From an uncultured Elusimicrobia bacterium (lineage in GTDB: Bacteria; Elusimicrobiota; Elusimicrobia; UBA1565; UBA9628), in assembly GCA_903830945.1 (NCBI GenBank), contig CAIKVT010000026.1, forward strand, positions 19,823 to 83,822: a stretch of 64,000 bases of DNA, written 5' to 3'. Every line of letters starts with the position of its first letter. Position 1 is the stretch's first letter. Below the pieces are notes generated by a model. It was not told where the DNA came from, made no database searches, and saw only the letters and a program-made list of their open reading frames with translations. This document shows positions 36,471-44,719 of this stretch, one piece after another. A program made the translations under genes and the position numbers.

Positions 36471-36498
36471 ATGTCTCCTCCTGTTTATCTACTCAAAA

Positions 36499-37254
36499 TC
36501 ATCCCACGCGCCCGGAATAGGCCGCCTGGGCCTTAGCGCGCAAGGTCCGGATGATCCCCGCCGGGTCGGGGTTCCCGAAAACGCCGTGGCCCGCGATCAT
36601 GATCTCGGCGCCGGCGCCGGCCGCGGCCTCCACGGTCTCCAAATTGATGCCCCCGTCCACCTGTAAGCGACACGGCAAGCCGCCTGCGTCGAGAGCCCGA
36701 CGCACCGCTGAGATCTTGGGCAGCATCCCGGAAAGAAACGCCGCCCCGCCGAAGCCCGGCTCCACGGTCATAACCAGAGCGATATCCGCCTCGGCCAAGA
36801 GCTCCATGAGCCCGTCGACCGACGTTGCCGGCTTGACCGCGACGCCGGCCGCCACTCCCTGAGCGCGCAGGGCCCTCAGCAAGGACCGGGCATCGCCGCA
36901 CGCCTCGAGATGAAAGATGATCCGGTCCGCCCCGGCCTTAACGAACCAAGGGGCTACGGTCTCCGGGTTGCTCACCATGAGATGGACGTCCACGCGCAGA
37001 AGGGAGAAGCGCTTGACGAGGCGCACCAGGTCGGGCCCAAAGCTGAGGTTAGGCACGAAGTGACCGTCCATCACGTCCACGGTGACCCACTCGGCGCCGC
37101 CCTCCTGGACCCGGCCCAACTCGACCGGCAGCCGGGACAAGTCCGCCGACAAGAGCGAGGGCACGACCTCCACAGTCCTAGCGGCGGACAAAGACCCGCC
37201 GTCCCTGAAGGACGGCTGTTCTCCTCTCCCGGAAGGGGCCGCAGTCATGATCAC
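36499..37254 (-). CDS. rpe: Ribulose-phosphate 3-epimerase
   Basis: PSLLSADL, DVMDGHFVPN, VDVHLMV, MTVEPGFGG. The ATG overlaps the upstream stop (ATGA). Confidence 0.9.
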   Translation of the reverse strand: MIMTAAPSGRGEQPSFRDGGSLSAARTVEVVPSLLSADLSRLPVELGRVQEGGAEWVTVDVMDGHFVPNLSFGPDLVRLVKRFSLLRVDVHLMVSNPETVAPWFVKAGADRIIFHLEACGDARSLLRALRAQGVAAGVAVKPATSVDGLMELLAEADIALVMTVEPGFGGAAFLSGMLPKISAVRRALDAGGLPCRLQVDGGINLETVEAAAGAGAEIMIAGHGVFGNPDPAGIIRTLRAKAQAAYSGRVG

Positions 37255-38219
37255 ATGTCCCTCTCGTCGACGAGGATCCCATTGAGGAAGATACGCACGT
37301 GCGCCCCGCCCGTCTCTTGGAGCGGCAGGTCGACCTTGGAGCCGGGCCGGCGCAAGCCGTTGAAGAGCTCTCGCTCGCCGTACTTGTCCGAGACCACGAT
37401 ACGCACCAGGCTTTCACTGCCGCCCTGCGGTAGCTCGTAATGAAAATTAGTGACGGCCGGGCCGGCCTCGCCGAGCTTGCCGACCTTGCCGCTGATGACC
37501 ACGGAAACCTCAGAAATCGCGCTCAAAGACGCATCCGGCGCCGGCTCCTGGGACAAAATGGTCCCGTAGGCGAAAGGGGAGGACATGTCCTTGCTCGAGA
37601 CGAGCGTCATGCCCGCGGTGTTGGCCCAAGCCTGGGCCTCCTGGACATTCTTGCGCAGGAAATCAGGCATGAGACTGACCCCGGCCGGCGGCGGTCCGCC
37701 GGAAACCATCACATTAACCAAGGCGTTGCGTTCGACACTGGCCTCGGCCTTAGGCTCTTGGGAAAGGACGGTGCCCTTGTCAAACTTGAGGGAATAATTC
37801 TCATTGGCCTCTCCCAGCACCAGCTGACTCTGGCGCAAGAGCATCTCCGCGTTTCGCAGGGGAAGTCCCACGATGGACGGGGTCAAGACGGTCTCTCCGC
37901 CCTGGCTGACCACGACACGGACGATCTTGCCCTCGCGGACCACGGTCCCGGCTGGCGGGTACTGGCGCAGCACGGAAGCGATGGGGACGGCGTTGTTGAA
38001 CTCGGCGCTTTCCTTGCGCAGGCCGATGTTGAGGGGGGCAAGCATGTCTAAAGCCGCGGAGATGGACCGCCCCTTGAGTTCGGGCATCGTCTGAGTCTGG
38101 CGGTCATGGATCACGCCTGCTATCCCCCATTGCATCAGAGCAAAGACCGCGACCGCAACCGCAAAGCCCACGCCGATGGCTTCCCACGACCGCACCTCCC
38201 CTTTGATATCGAGAATCAT
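37251..38219 (-). CDS. Membrane-anchored PASTA-domain protein (three PASTA repeats, no kinase or PBP domain)
   Basis: N-terminal TM helix then three ~65-aa repeats with a PASTA-like pattern (xPxxxGxxxxxAxxxLxxxGL...) and a C-terminal beta-rich segment. Translationally coupled between fmt and rpe. Confidence 0.6.
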   Translation of the reverse strand: MILDIKGEVRSWEAIGVGFAVAVAVFALMQWGIAGVIHDRQTQTMPELKGRSISAALDMLAPLNIGLRKESAEFNNAVPIASVLRQYPPAGTVVREGKIVRVVVSQGGETVLTPSIVGLPLRNAEMLLRQSQLVLGEANENYSLKFDKGTVLSQEPKAEASVERNALVNVMVSGGPPPAGVSLMPDFLRKNVQEAQAWANTAGMTLVSSKDMSSPFAYGTILSQEPAPDASLSAISEVSVVISGKVGKLGEAGPAVTNFHYELPQGGSESLVRIVVSDKYGERELFNGLRRPGSKVDLPLQETGGAHVRIFLNGILVDERDM

Positions 38220-39253
38220 GCCAAAGACAAAACATCCCCTACGCCGAGACGGAGGCCGTTGAGAAAATCCGCAGCGGCTACCGGCTTTTTACCCTCGGGC
38301 TGAACCGTGAGAAGCCAAAGACTGCTGCAGTCCAAGCATTGTACCAAAATACCGCCGCCGCGTTCAACGCGCGCGATGGTCCCCGGCGCCGCGGGTGCGG
38401 CGCCGCCCTGACGGCCCTCTGGGAACGTGTTGGCCGTCATGGGTGAGCCCGACAATGCCGTCTTAAGGACACGCACACGCCGCGACGCCTGCGGTATCGA
38501 AAGTTCCGCAGGTGCCGGCCGGCCGGATTTCCTTACGGCCGGCGACGGGGCTCTGAGCTCAAAAAAAGCTGTCGGCCATTGCCGCAAACCCCGAACCAAG
38601 TTGTGCAGGTCGCGTGCTCCCCGGGAGAACGAGATACGCCCATCCTCCTTCTTCAGACGGGGAGCCAGACTCGGCTCCCCGATCTGCGGCTCCCGGCGGA
38701 CGCACCCCGCCGCAAGCTCATCGAGGGTCTGCTCCAAGACCTCAAGACCTAGGGCGACCAGGCGCGAGAACAACCCCTCCGCGTCCTCATTCGGACCGAT
38801 ATCGAGACCCCGCTGCAAGAAAATGGGACCAGTGTCGAGCCCTTCAGCGATCCAGAAGACGGTGACCCCGGTGCGCGACTCGCCGCGCACCAAGCTCCAC
38901 TGCACAGGCGCCGCGCCCCGATACTGAGGCAGCAAAGAGAAGTGGACGTTGAGGCTGCCCAGAGCAGGGACCCCCAGCAGATCGGGGGGGATGAGCTGGC
39001 CATAGGCCACAGCCACCGCGAGGTCCGGCCTGAGCTCCAAAAGCTCGGCGACCGCGGCTGTGGGCCGCTCCGGTTGCAGGACCTTCAGCCCCGACTCGAC
39101 CGCCCGGGCTTTGACTGGAGTCGGCTGCACCCGCAGACTCCGGCCGACAGGCTTGTCGGGGCTGGTGAGCACGCCCACGACCGCGCTCTTGCGGACCAAC
39201 AGATCCAAGAACGGGACAGCCAACGCCGGCGTCCCGTAGAAGATGGTCCTCAC
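38216..39253 (-). CDS. fmt: Methionyl-tRNA formyltransferase (with C-terminal extension)
   Basis: MRTIFYGTP...; formyltransferase N-domain motifs and SLLP; 345 aa. Confidence 0.9.
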   Translation of the reverse strand: MRTIFYGTPALAVPFLDLLVRKSAVVGVLTSPDKPVGRSLRVQPTPVKARAVESGLKVLQPERPTAAVAELLELRPDLAVAVAYGQLIPPDLLGVPALGSLNVHFSLLPQYRGAAPVQWSLVRGESRTGVTVFWIAEGLDTGPIFLQRGLDIGPNEDAEGLFSRLVALGLEVLEQTLDELAAGCVRREPQIGEPSLAPRLKKEDGRISFSRGARDLHNLVRGLRQWPTAFFELRAPSPAVRKSGRPAPAELSIPQASRRVRVLKTALSGSPMTANTFPEGRQGGAAPAAPGTIARVERGGGILVQCLDCSSLWLLTVQPEGKKPVAAADFLNGLRLGVGDVLSLA

Positions 39254-39762
39254 GTCCAGTCTCGGCGTAAATCCTTGATCAGGGAAAGGACCTTGAGCTT
39301 CTCTGCAAAGGAAAGGTGATCGATAAAGAGCTTGCCGTCGAGGTGGTCCACCTCGTGTTGGAAGGCCCTGGCTAGAAGCCCCGCGCCCTCCATCTCGAAG
39401 GGACGCCCACGCGCGTCAAGAGCGCGGATGCGCACGCGCGCGTAACGCTTGATCCGGGCGAAGACCCCCGGCAAAGAGAGACACCCTTCCTCCTCGAACA
39501 TGACCCCTTCGCCCGCGACGATCTCGGGGTTAATGAGCACCAGGCGCTGAGCCTTGCCCTCGGGCCGGGCGTCCACGACCGATAACCGCAGATTCAAGCC
39601 CACCTGGGGCGCGGCCAAGCCCACGCCCTTGACCGCGTACATGGTCGTCCACATATCCTTAAGCAGCCTGGGCAGGTCCGGACGCAAGGCCTCGTAGGCC
39701 AAGGGGACGGAGACCTTCTTAAGGATCGGCTCGCCGTGCTTGGTGATGCGCAGGATGGCCAT
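39250..39762 (-). CDS. def: Peptide deformylase
   Basis: GVGLAAPQVG, EGCLS, HEVDHL motifs. Confidence 0.9.
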   Translation of the reverse strand: MAILRITKHGEPILKKVSVPLAYEALRPDLPRLLKDMWTTMYAVKGVGLAAPQVGLNLRLSVVDARPEGKAQRLVLINPEIVAGEGVMFEEEGCLSLPGVFARIKRYARVRIRALDARGRPFEMEGAGLLARAFQHEVDHLDGKLFIDHLSFAEKLKVLSLIKDLRRDWT

Positions 39763-39785
39763 CCGAGGCTCCGCCGTCGACCGGC

Positions 39786-40352
39786 TTACCGGGTCTCCAC
39801 GGCGCGGATGATCGCCAAAGCGGCGGCCGGCTCGAGAGAGGCCGCCAGGTCCGCGATGACCCCGGGCTGGAACAAGGAGGCGACCCCGCGCAGGAGCTGC
39901 AGGTGCAACGGCAGGATCTCCGGCTTGCTGGAGGAGAAGAACAGAAACATAAGTTTGATGGTCAGATCTCCGGCCTGGGGGTCCGCTATGCCCTGAGGGA
40001 CCAAGGCCAGAGCCGCCATGATGCTCCCGATCGAATCCACCCGGGCATGAGGCAGGCTCAGCCCCGTATCCAAGGTGGTGCTGATGCCCTGCTCACGCTC
40101 CAGCACTTTAGCCAAAAAAGGCTTAGGGCTTCCCAGAGCTTTGCGCTCGCAGAGCCGGCCGACCAGTATCTCGATGAGCTCATTCTTGCCCACCCCAAGC
40201 GGAGCCCGGATCACCACATCTTCGCTTAAAATATTTGAAATAGCTATCTTTTTGGGCCGGACCAAGGCCCCGGCTTTATCGGAGAGCTTCTCCAGTCCTG
40301 CCGGCTCGGCCGCTGGTCTATTTTTCTTATCAGGGAAGAACGACAACACCAT
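39786..40352 (-). CDS. PTS EIIA type-2 / nitrogen-regulatory EIIA(Ntr)-like protein
   Basis: EREQGISTTLDTGLSLPHARV (active-site His region) pattern of PtsN/EIIA-Fru family; 188 aa. Confidence 0.6.
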   Translation of the reverse strand: MVLSFFPDKKNRPAAEPAGLEKLSDKAGALVRPKKIAISNILSEDVVIRAPLGVGKNELIEILVGRLCERKALGSPKPFLAKVLEREQGISTTLDTGLSLPHARVDSIGSIMAALALVPQGIADPQAGDLTIKLMFLFFSSSKPEILPLHLQLLRGVASLFQPGVIADLAASLEPAAALAIIRAVETR

Positions 40353-40399
40353 GGGGATTCGCCTTTTTATAGAGGATTTTCAATTATATCATTCGAGAA

Positions 40400-41236
40400 G
40401 TGGACTGTCAAAACAGAGAGTTGGTAAAATACCGGGTGTTTCGCAAACCCCTCACAGGCAGGACCATCCTATTGACGCGGCCAGAAGGCCCGGCCGGCCC
40501 TCTGGCGGACGGCCTGCGGGCGCTCGGCGCGCGCGTCTGGATCGTGCCGGTCATTCGCTTCGCGCCGCCCGCGTCCTGGGCGCGCTTGGACGCGGCGCTG
40601 CGCCGCATGAGACTTTACGACGCCGCAGTCTTCGCGAGCGCACGCGCCGTGGAAAGCGTCTTTTCCCGCGCCTTAGTCCTGGGCCTGATCCTGTCGCCAC
40701 CGCGCCGGGTCTTCGCCGTAGGCCCGGCCACGGCCCGTGCCCTGCGCCGCAGAGGCTGGCGGGCCGCGATGCCCGGCACGCATCGCGCCGAGGACTTGGC
40801 CACGATCACGGGTCAGGTACGAGGCAAAAGGATATTCCTGCCCCGGGCGAAGGAAGGCCGCGATATCCTACCGCGCCTCCTGCGCGCGCAGGAGGCCAGG
40901 GTCGATGTCGTCACCTCTTACCGCACCCTAGCGGACCACAACGGCGCGCGGCGCTTGCGCCGGATCGCGGACTCAGGCCGGGTCCACGCCGTCGCCTTCA
41001 CCTCCGGCTCCACCGTAGATTGCCTTTTAGAGCAGCTTCCCGCGGCTTATCGCCGCCGCCTATTCAACAAGGCGGTGGCCGCCTCCATAGGACCGGCCAC
41101 CAGCGCAGCACTCGAACGCCGGGGAGTCAAGACGGTCATAGAAGCTCCGCGCGCCACAATGCTCTCCCTCTGCGGCGCCATCGCCCGTCATTTCTCCGCG
41201 GCTCCAGGCTTGACCGCATCCGGACGATCCCGATGA
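40400..41236 (+). CDS. hemD: Uroporphyrinogen-III synthase
   Basis: GRTILLTRPEG ... two Rossmann-like halves (VAFTSGSTV); 278 aa. Confidence 0.7.
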   Translation: MDCQNRELVKYRVFRKPLTGRTILLTRPEGPAGPLADGLRALGARVWIVPVIRFAPPASWARLDAALRRMRLYDAAVFASARAVESVFSRALVLGLILSPPRRVFAVGPATARALRRRGWRAAMPGTHRAEDLATITGQVRGKRIFLPRAKEGRDILPRLLRAQEARVDVVTSYRTLADHNGARRLRRIADSGRVHAVAFTSGSTVDCLLEQLPAAYRRRLFNKAVAASIGPATSAALERRGVKTVIEAPRATMLSLCGAIARHFSAAPGLTASGRSR

Positions 41237-42033
41237 AGCCTGGATCCGAACGTGCTGAGTTGCGCCGCATCTTGCAGGAAGCCCTGGACCGGGCCAGCCG
41301 GGTGCTCCGGAGGCGATTCGGCTCGGTGAGCATCCGCTACAAGGGCCGAGCCAACCTCATCACGCAGGCCGACCTTGAAAGCCAGGCGACCATCCTGGCC
41401 CTGATCCGCCGTCGTCTGCCTCTTCATGACTACCGCGCCGAAGAAAAAGCTTGCCGGGATACCGGCTCGGAGTTCGTCTGGATCATCGACCCCCTAGACG
41501 GAACCACCAACTTCGCTCACGGCTATCCGGTCAGTTGCGTGTCCATCGCCCTGCTTCAACGCGGCCGCCCCATACTCGCCGGCATCCACGACCCGTTCCG
41601 CGATGAGCGCTTCCTGGCCGAAGCTGGACGTGGGGCCCGGCTCAACGGCAGACCAGTGCGCGTCTCCTCGGTACCCCGTCTTTCGCAATCCCTGCTCATC
41701 ACGGGCTTTCCCTACGACCGCAACAAACGCCCCGGCTACTACACCGAGTTCTACCGCTCCTTCATGGTCCGCTGCCACGACGTGCGCCGCAGCGGCTCGG
41801 CCGCTCTGGATATGGCCTGGGTGGCGGCGGGACGCGCCGACGGCTTCTGGGAATTCAACCTGAACCCCTGGGACGTGGCCGCGGGCCTGCTGCTTGTGCG
41901 CGAGGCGGGGGGGAAGGTCTCGGATTTCCATGGCCGTCCCTGGGACGGGATCGCGTCTTTCGGCCATCAGACTTTGGCCAGCAACGGCCGCATCCACGAC
42001 GCGATGTTGCGCGTGCTCGGCCCGCGCCTCTGA
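41233..42033 (+). CDS. Inositol monophosphatase family protein (SuhB/IMPase-like)
   Basis: WIIDPLDGTTNFAHG, WDVAAG motifs. ATGA overlap with the hemD stop. The long track ORF 40075..42033 is a fused artefact of two in-frame genes plus antisense. Confidence 0.85.
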   Translation: MKPGSERAELRRILQEALDRASRVLRRRFGSVSIRYKGRANLITQADLESQATILALIRRRLPLHDYRAEEKACRDTGSEFVWIIDPLDGTTNFAHGYPVSCVSIALLQRGRPILAGIHDPFRDERFLAEAGRGARLNGRPVRVSSVPRLSQSLLITGFPYDRNKRPGYYTEFYRSFMVRCHDVRRSGSAALDMAWVAAGRADGFWEFNLNPWDVAAGLLLVREAGGKVSDFHGRPWDGIASFGHQTLASNGRIHDAMLRVLGPRL

Positions 42034-42039
42034 TCCGGA

Positions 42040-42978
42040 TCAGAACCGGAAAGCCAAGGTGAAGCGGTTCTGCATGCCCAGGTCTCCATAGGGGACCCAG
42101 GCATAGTCGAGCCGGAAGCCTCCCAGGTCCAAGCCTCCGCCGGCGCTCATTCCGGCCGCTCCGCCGAGCTCCCGACCGTGGCTCTGGTCGTAGCCGAGGC
42201 GCAGAGAGGCTCCATGCTTCTTCTGGTCGAACCTGTAGGTCGCCTCGACGCCCAGGCTGACGTATGGGGCTTGATCCGAGGGCAAATGCGCGTCGAGACT
42301 CGAGTCGACGGCGGTGGCCATGTGCCACAGGAAGCCGCCCGCGAAAGCGAAAGGCAGCGGGGCCTCCAGGCCGCCGAGCTTGATGGGTGGCCCGAGGTTG
42401 GAGACCTGCGCCCCAAAATCGACGGGACGATCCCCGACCAGGCAGATATCGCTGGCTTGCGCGCCGAAGTCGAGCGCCGCGCTTGTCCCCGACACGTCAG
42501 CCAAGGACGACCGGATCATCTTCACGCTGCCACCCATGGCGAAACCGTCGAACCGGCGCGCGTAGGCCAGGGCTACGGCCAGATCGTAAGGCCGAAAAGA
42601 GCCGACCGCATCCCCCTGTCCATTGTAGGCCGTCAGGGCTCCCTGGGAAAAATACACCAAGTCCACGCCCAATGCGCCAAAGCGCCCCACCGAACGGCCC
42701 CAAGCCGCGGTGCCGAGATAAGAGCTCTCCAGAAGGTTATCGTAGGAGAGGCTCAGTTCGGAGGGGGACTCCGGAAGAAAACTGGAGAGGCCGGCAGGGT
42801 TGGAAAACAAGGCGTCGGCCCCCTGCGCGCCGGCGGCTGACGCACCCCCCAAAGCCGAATCGCGCGCCGAACGGGCAAGCTTGAGGAATGCCGCGCCGGT
42901 CGTGCCTGCGGCTCCGACGGAGAACGCAGAAGGCGCGAACATGCCGCCCCGGACGGGGACCGCGCCGGTCCCAAGCAA
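42040..42978 (-). CDS. PorV-like outer-membrane beta-barrel protein (PorV/PorQ/UPF0164 superfamily), paralog 1
   Basis: N-terminal motif AAFLKLARSARDSALGGASAAG...ADALFSNPAGL and a C-terminal aromatic beta-barrel terminus (...TLAFRF), paralogous to 59260..60246. The annotated TTG start gives a poor signal peptide; a good h-region (RTLVFALILLGTGAV) lies just upstream in frame without a canonical start codon. Confidence 0.5.
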   Translation of the reverse strand: MLGTGAVPVRGGMFAPSAFSVGAAGTTGAAFLKLARSARDSALGGASAAGAQGADALFSNPAGLSSFLPESPSELSLSYDNLLESSYLGTAAWGRSVGRFGALGVDLVYFSQGALTAYNGQGDAVGSFRPYDLAVALAYARRFDGFAMGGSVKMIRSSLADVSGTSAALDFGAQASDICLVGDRPVDFGAQVSNLGPPIKLGGLEAPLPFAFAGGFLWHMATAVDSSLDAHLPSDQAPYVSLGVEATYRFDQKKHGASLRLGYDQSHGRELGGAAGMSAGGGLDLGGFRLDYAWVPYGDLGMQNRFTLAFRF

Positions 42979-43010
42979 GATCAGCGCAAAGACCAGCGTT
43001 CTGCCGTGGG

Positions 43011-43922
43011 CTAGACGGGCCAGACCGGACCCTTGCGCGGCTGGGATGGCTCAACAACCGGTTCCAACGACGGCGCGGGTGCAGGCATGGTGATGGGAGC
43101 TTGTGACAAGGCCTCAATGACCACGACCGCTGCGGGATCCGCCTCAACCTCCACCACCCGGGTCTGGACGGAAGGGACCGACACGGAAGGAGCGGCGGCT
43201 TTCTGGTCATCGGGAAGAGCCGCTGAGGGCATGGGCTCTACGGCCTTAACCGGCGTCGATTCGATGGACTCTCTCGCGGGAGCTTGTTCCGGAGCCGTCT
43301 CCAGAGCAAGCTCGACGGATCGCGCCGCAGCGGGAAGCGCGCTGCGCGGCGAATCACCCGTCTTGAGGCCGTCGGCCAATTCGGAGAGCCTCTGGAGAAC
43401 GAGCTCGCCTTGAGCGGCCTGCTGCGCGGACAAGCCCTTAAGCACCGCGATCTCCTTATCGAATTTCTCCATCTGAGATTTAATGTTCTTTAAATAGACA
43501 ACAGCCGGGCTGATGCCGCCGCTGCTGGTCAAGTCACTCCGGCGGAGCTCCGGCCCCGTGCAGCCCAAGGCGCCGCCGTCCTGACGACCATCAGAAAACA
43601 CGTTGGTCGTCATGGGCGCGCCATCAAGAGTTGCGTTGGACGTCATAGACACCGGGGCGACATCAGGCATGGTCTTGGCCTTTGGCTGGGACACGATAGG
43701 GTCCGCCACCGAAGCCGGGATCAATTCAACGATCACAGGCTTAGCGGACAGCGATCCGCCGGATGTCGATTCCAAAAACGAGGAGCCGGCGTCGCCCTCA
43801 TCGGCCTCCTCGACTGCCGAACGGTACTGGCCCAGCAGATACAGGAACAAAGCGCCGCTGCCAAGGAATCCCAAAGCCGAGATATAGAACCAGCCGTCTC
43901 CCCAAAGACTCGCCACATTCAA
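43011..43922 (-). CDS. Hypothetical membrane-anchored coiled-coil / Pro-Ala-rich protein
   Basis: One N-terminal TM helix (WFYISALGFLGSGALFLYLLG), a central coiled-coil-like segment and a low-complexity C-terminus. Immediately upstream of, and co-oriented with, PorV-like paralog 1. Confidence 0.35.
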   Translation of the reverse strand: MNVASLWGDGWFYISALGFLGSGALFLYLLGQYRSAVEEADEGDAGSSFLESTSGGSLSAKPVIVELIPASVADPIVSQPKAKTMPDVAPVSMTSNATLDGAPMTTNVFSDGRQDGGALGCTGPELRRSDLTSSGGISPAVVYLKNIKSQMEKFDKEIAVLKGLSAQQAAQGELVLQRLSELADGLKTGDSPRSALPAAARSVELALETAPEQAPARESIESTPVKAVEPMPSAALPDDQKAAAPSVSVPSVQTRVVEVEADPAAVVVIEALSQAPITMPAPAPSLEPVVEPSQPRKGPVWPV

Positions 43923-44001
43923 ATCTTATCGGATTGCCCCGCGCCTGTCAAGGCGACCGGGAAATTAGCTATAATATTTTTCTCTGACGATAACCCTAGA
44001 T

Positions 44002-44709
44002 GTTCCCATCGATGACCCCGCCTCCGGATCGGCGACTCTGGAGACCTCGGGAGCCTTCCTGACCGGCTTCTGCCAACCTAACGAAGCGCGCGCACTGGCA
44101 TCGCAGTCATCGCGACGCGCCGGATTCCTCAGCCCGGCAGAGGAGTCACGCTATTTAAGGCTGCGCTGCGAGAAACGCCGGCTGGATTGGCTGGCGGGGC
44201 GCTTAGCCGCCAAGCGAGCCTTGCGCCGATACTTCCGCAAGACCAGCGCCAGCAAGCCGGAACTCGCCGCCCTGGAGATCACCTCCGACGACCGAGGCGC
44301 GCCGCTCTGCGCGGTGCCGAACGCGCCCTTGTTCTCCATCAGCCATTGCGCCGCCGGAGGCCTGTGCGCCGTCGGGCTGTCCGGCCGGCGTGTAGGGGTA
44401 GACTGGGAGATGGTAGCTCCGCGCAGCCGAGAGTTGGCCCAGCTCTTTTCCTGTCCAGGGGAACTCCCGCCGGACCAGGACGACCCGCGCAGCCAGACCC
44501 GACTATGGGCCGTCAAGGAAGCCATCCTCAAGCTGCTGGGCCTGGGCTTGGCGGCCTCACCTCGCGACATACAGACGCATCCGTGGCTATGTCTCACCGG
44601 CCGGGCGCGCGAACGGTGGCTGGAATTGGGCAGCCCGACGCTCTGCCCGGCCGTAACGCAGATCGACGATTCCGTCGTCGCCATCGTCCACACTCAGCCC
44701 AGATCATAG
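44002..44709 (+). CDS. 4'-phosphopantetheinyl transferase (Sfp/EntD-type); N-terminal boundary unresolved
   Basis: Conserved PPTase motifs FLSPAEESRY, SISHC, GVDWE, WAVKEAILK all lie in one frame that is open from 43975, but the first canonical in-frame start is ATG 44221, after the conserved N-terminal motifs. ATGs at 44000 and 44012 are +/-1 out of frame. Confidence 0.6.
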   Translation, partial: VPIDDPASGSATLETSGAFLTGFCQPNEARALASQSSRRAGFLSPAEESRYLRLRCEKRRLDWLAGRLAAKRALRRYFRKTSASKPELAALEITSDDRGAPLCAVPNAPLFSISHCAAGGLCAVGLSGRRVGVDWEMVAPRSRELAQLFSCPGELPPDQDDPRSQTRLWAVKEAILKLLGLGLAASPRDIQTHPWLCLTGRARERWLELGSPTLCPAVTQIDDSVVAIVHTQPRS

Positions 44710-44719
44710 GAGAACTCGC

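Noticed and set aside
40075-42033. 652-aa track ORF fusing the antisense of the PtsN-like gene, hemD and the IMPase
   Set aside because: hemD (40400..41236, different frame) and the IMPase (41233..42033) are separate genes with their own start/stop overlap. The 5' third is antisense or frame-shadow with Arg/Pro-rich nonsense.
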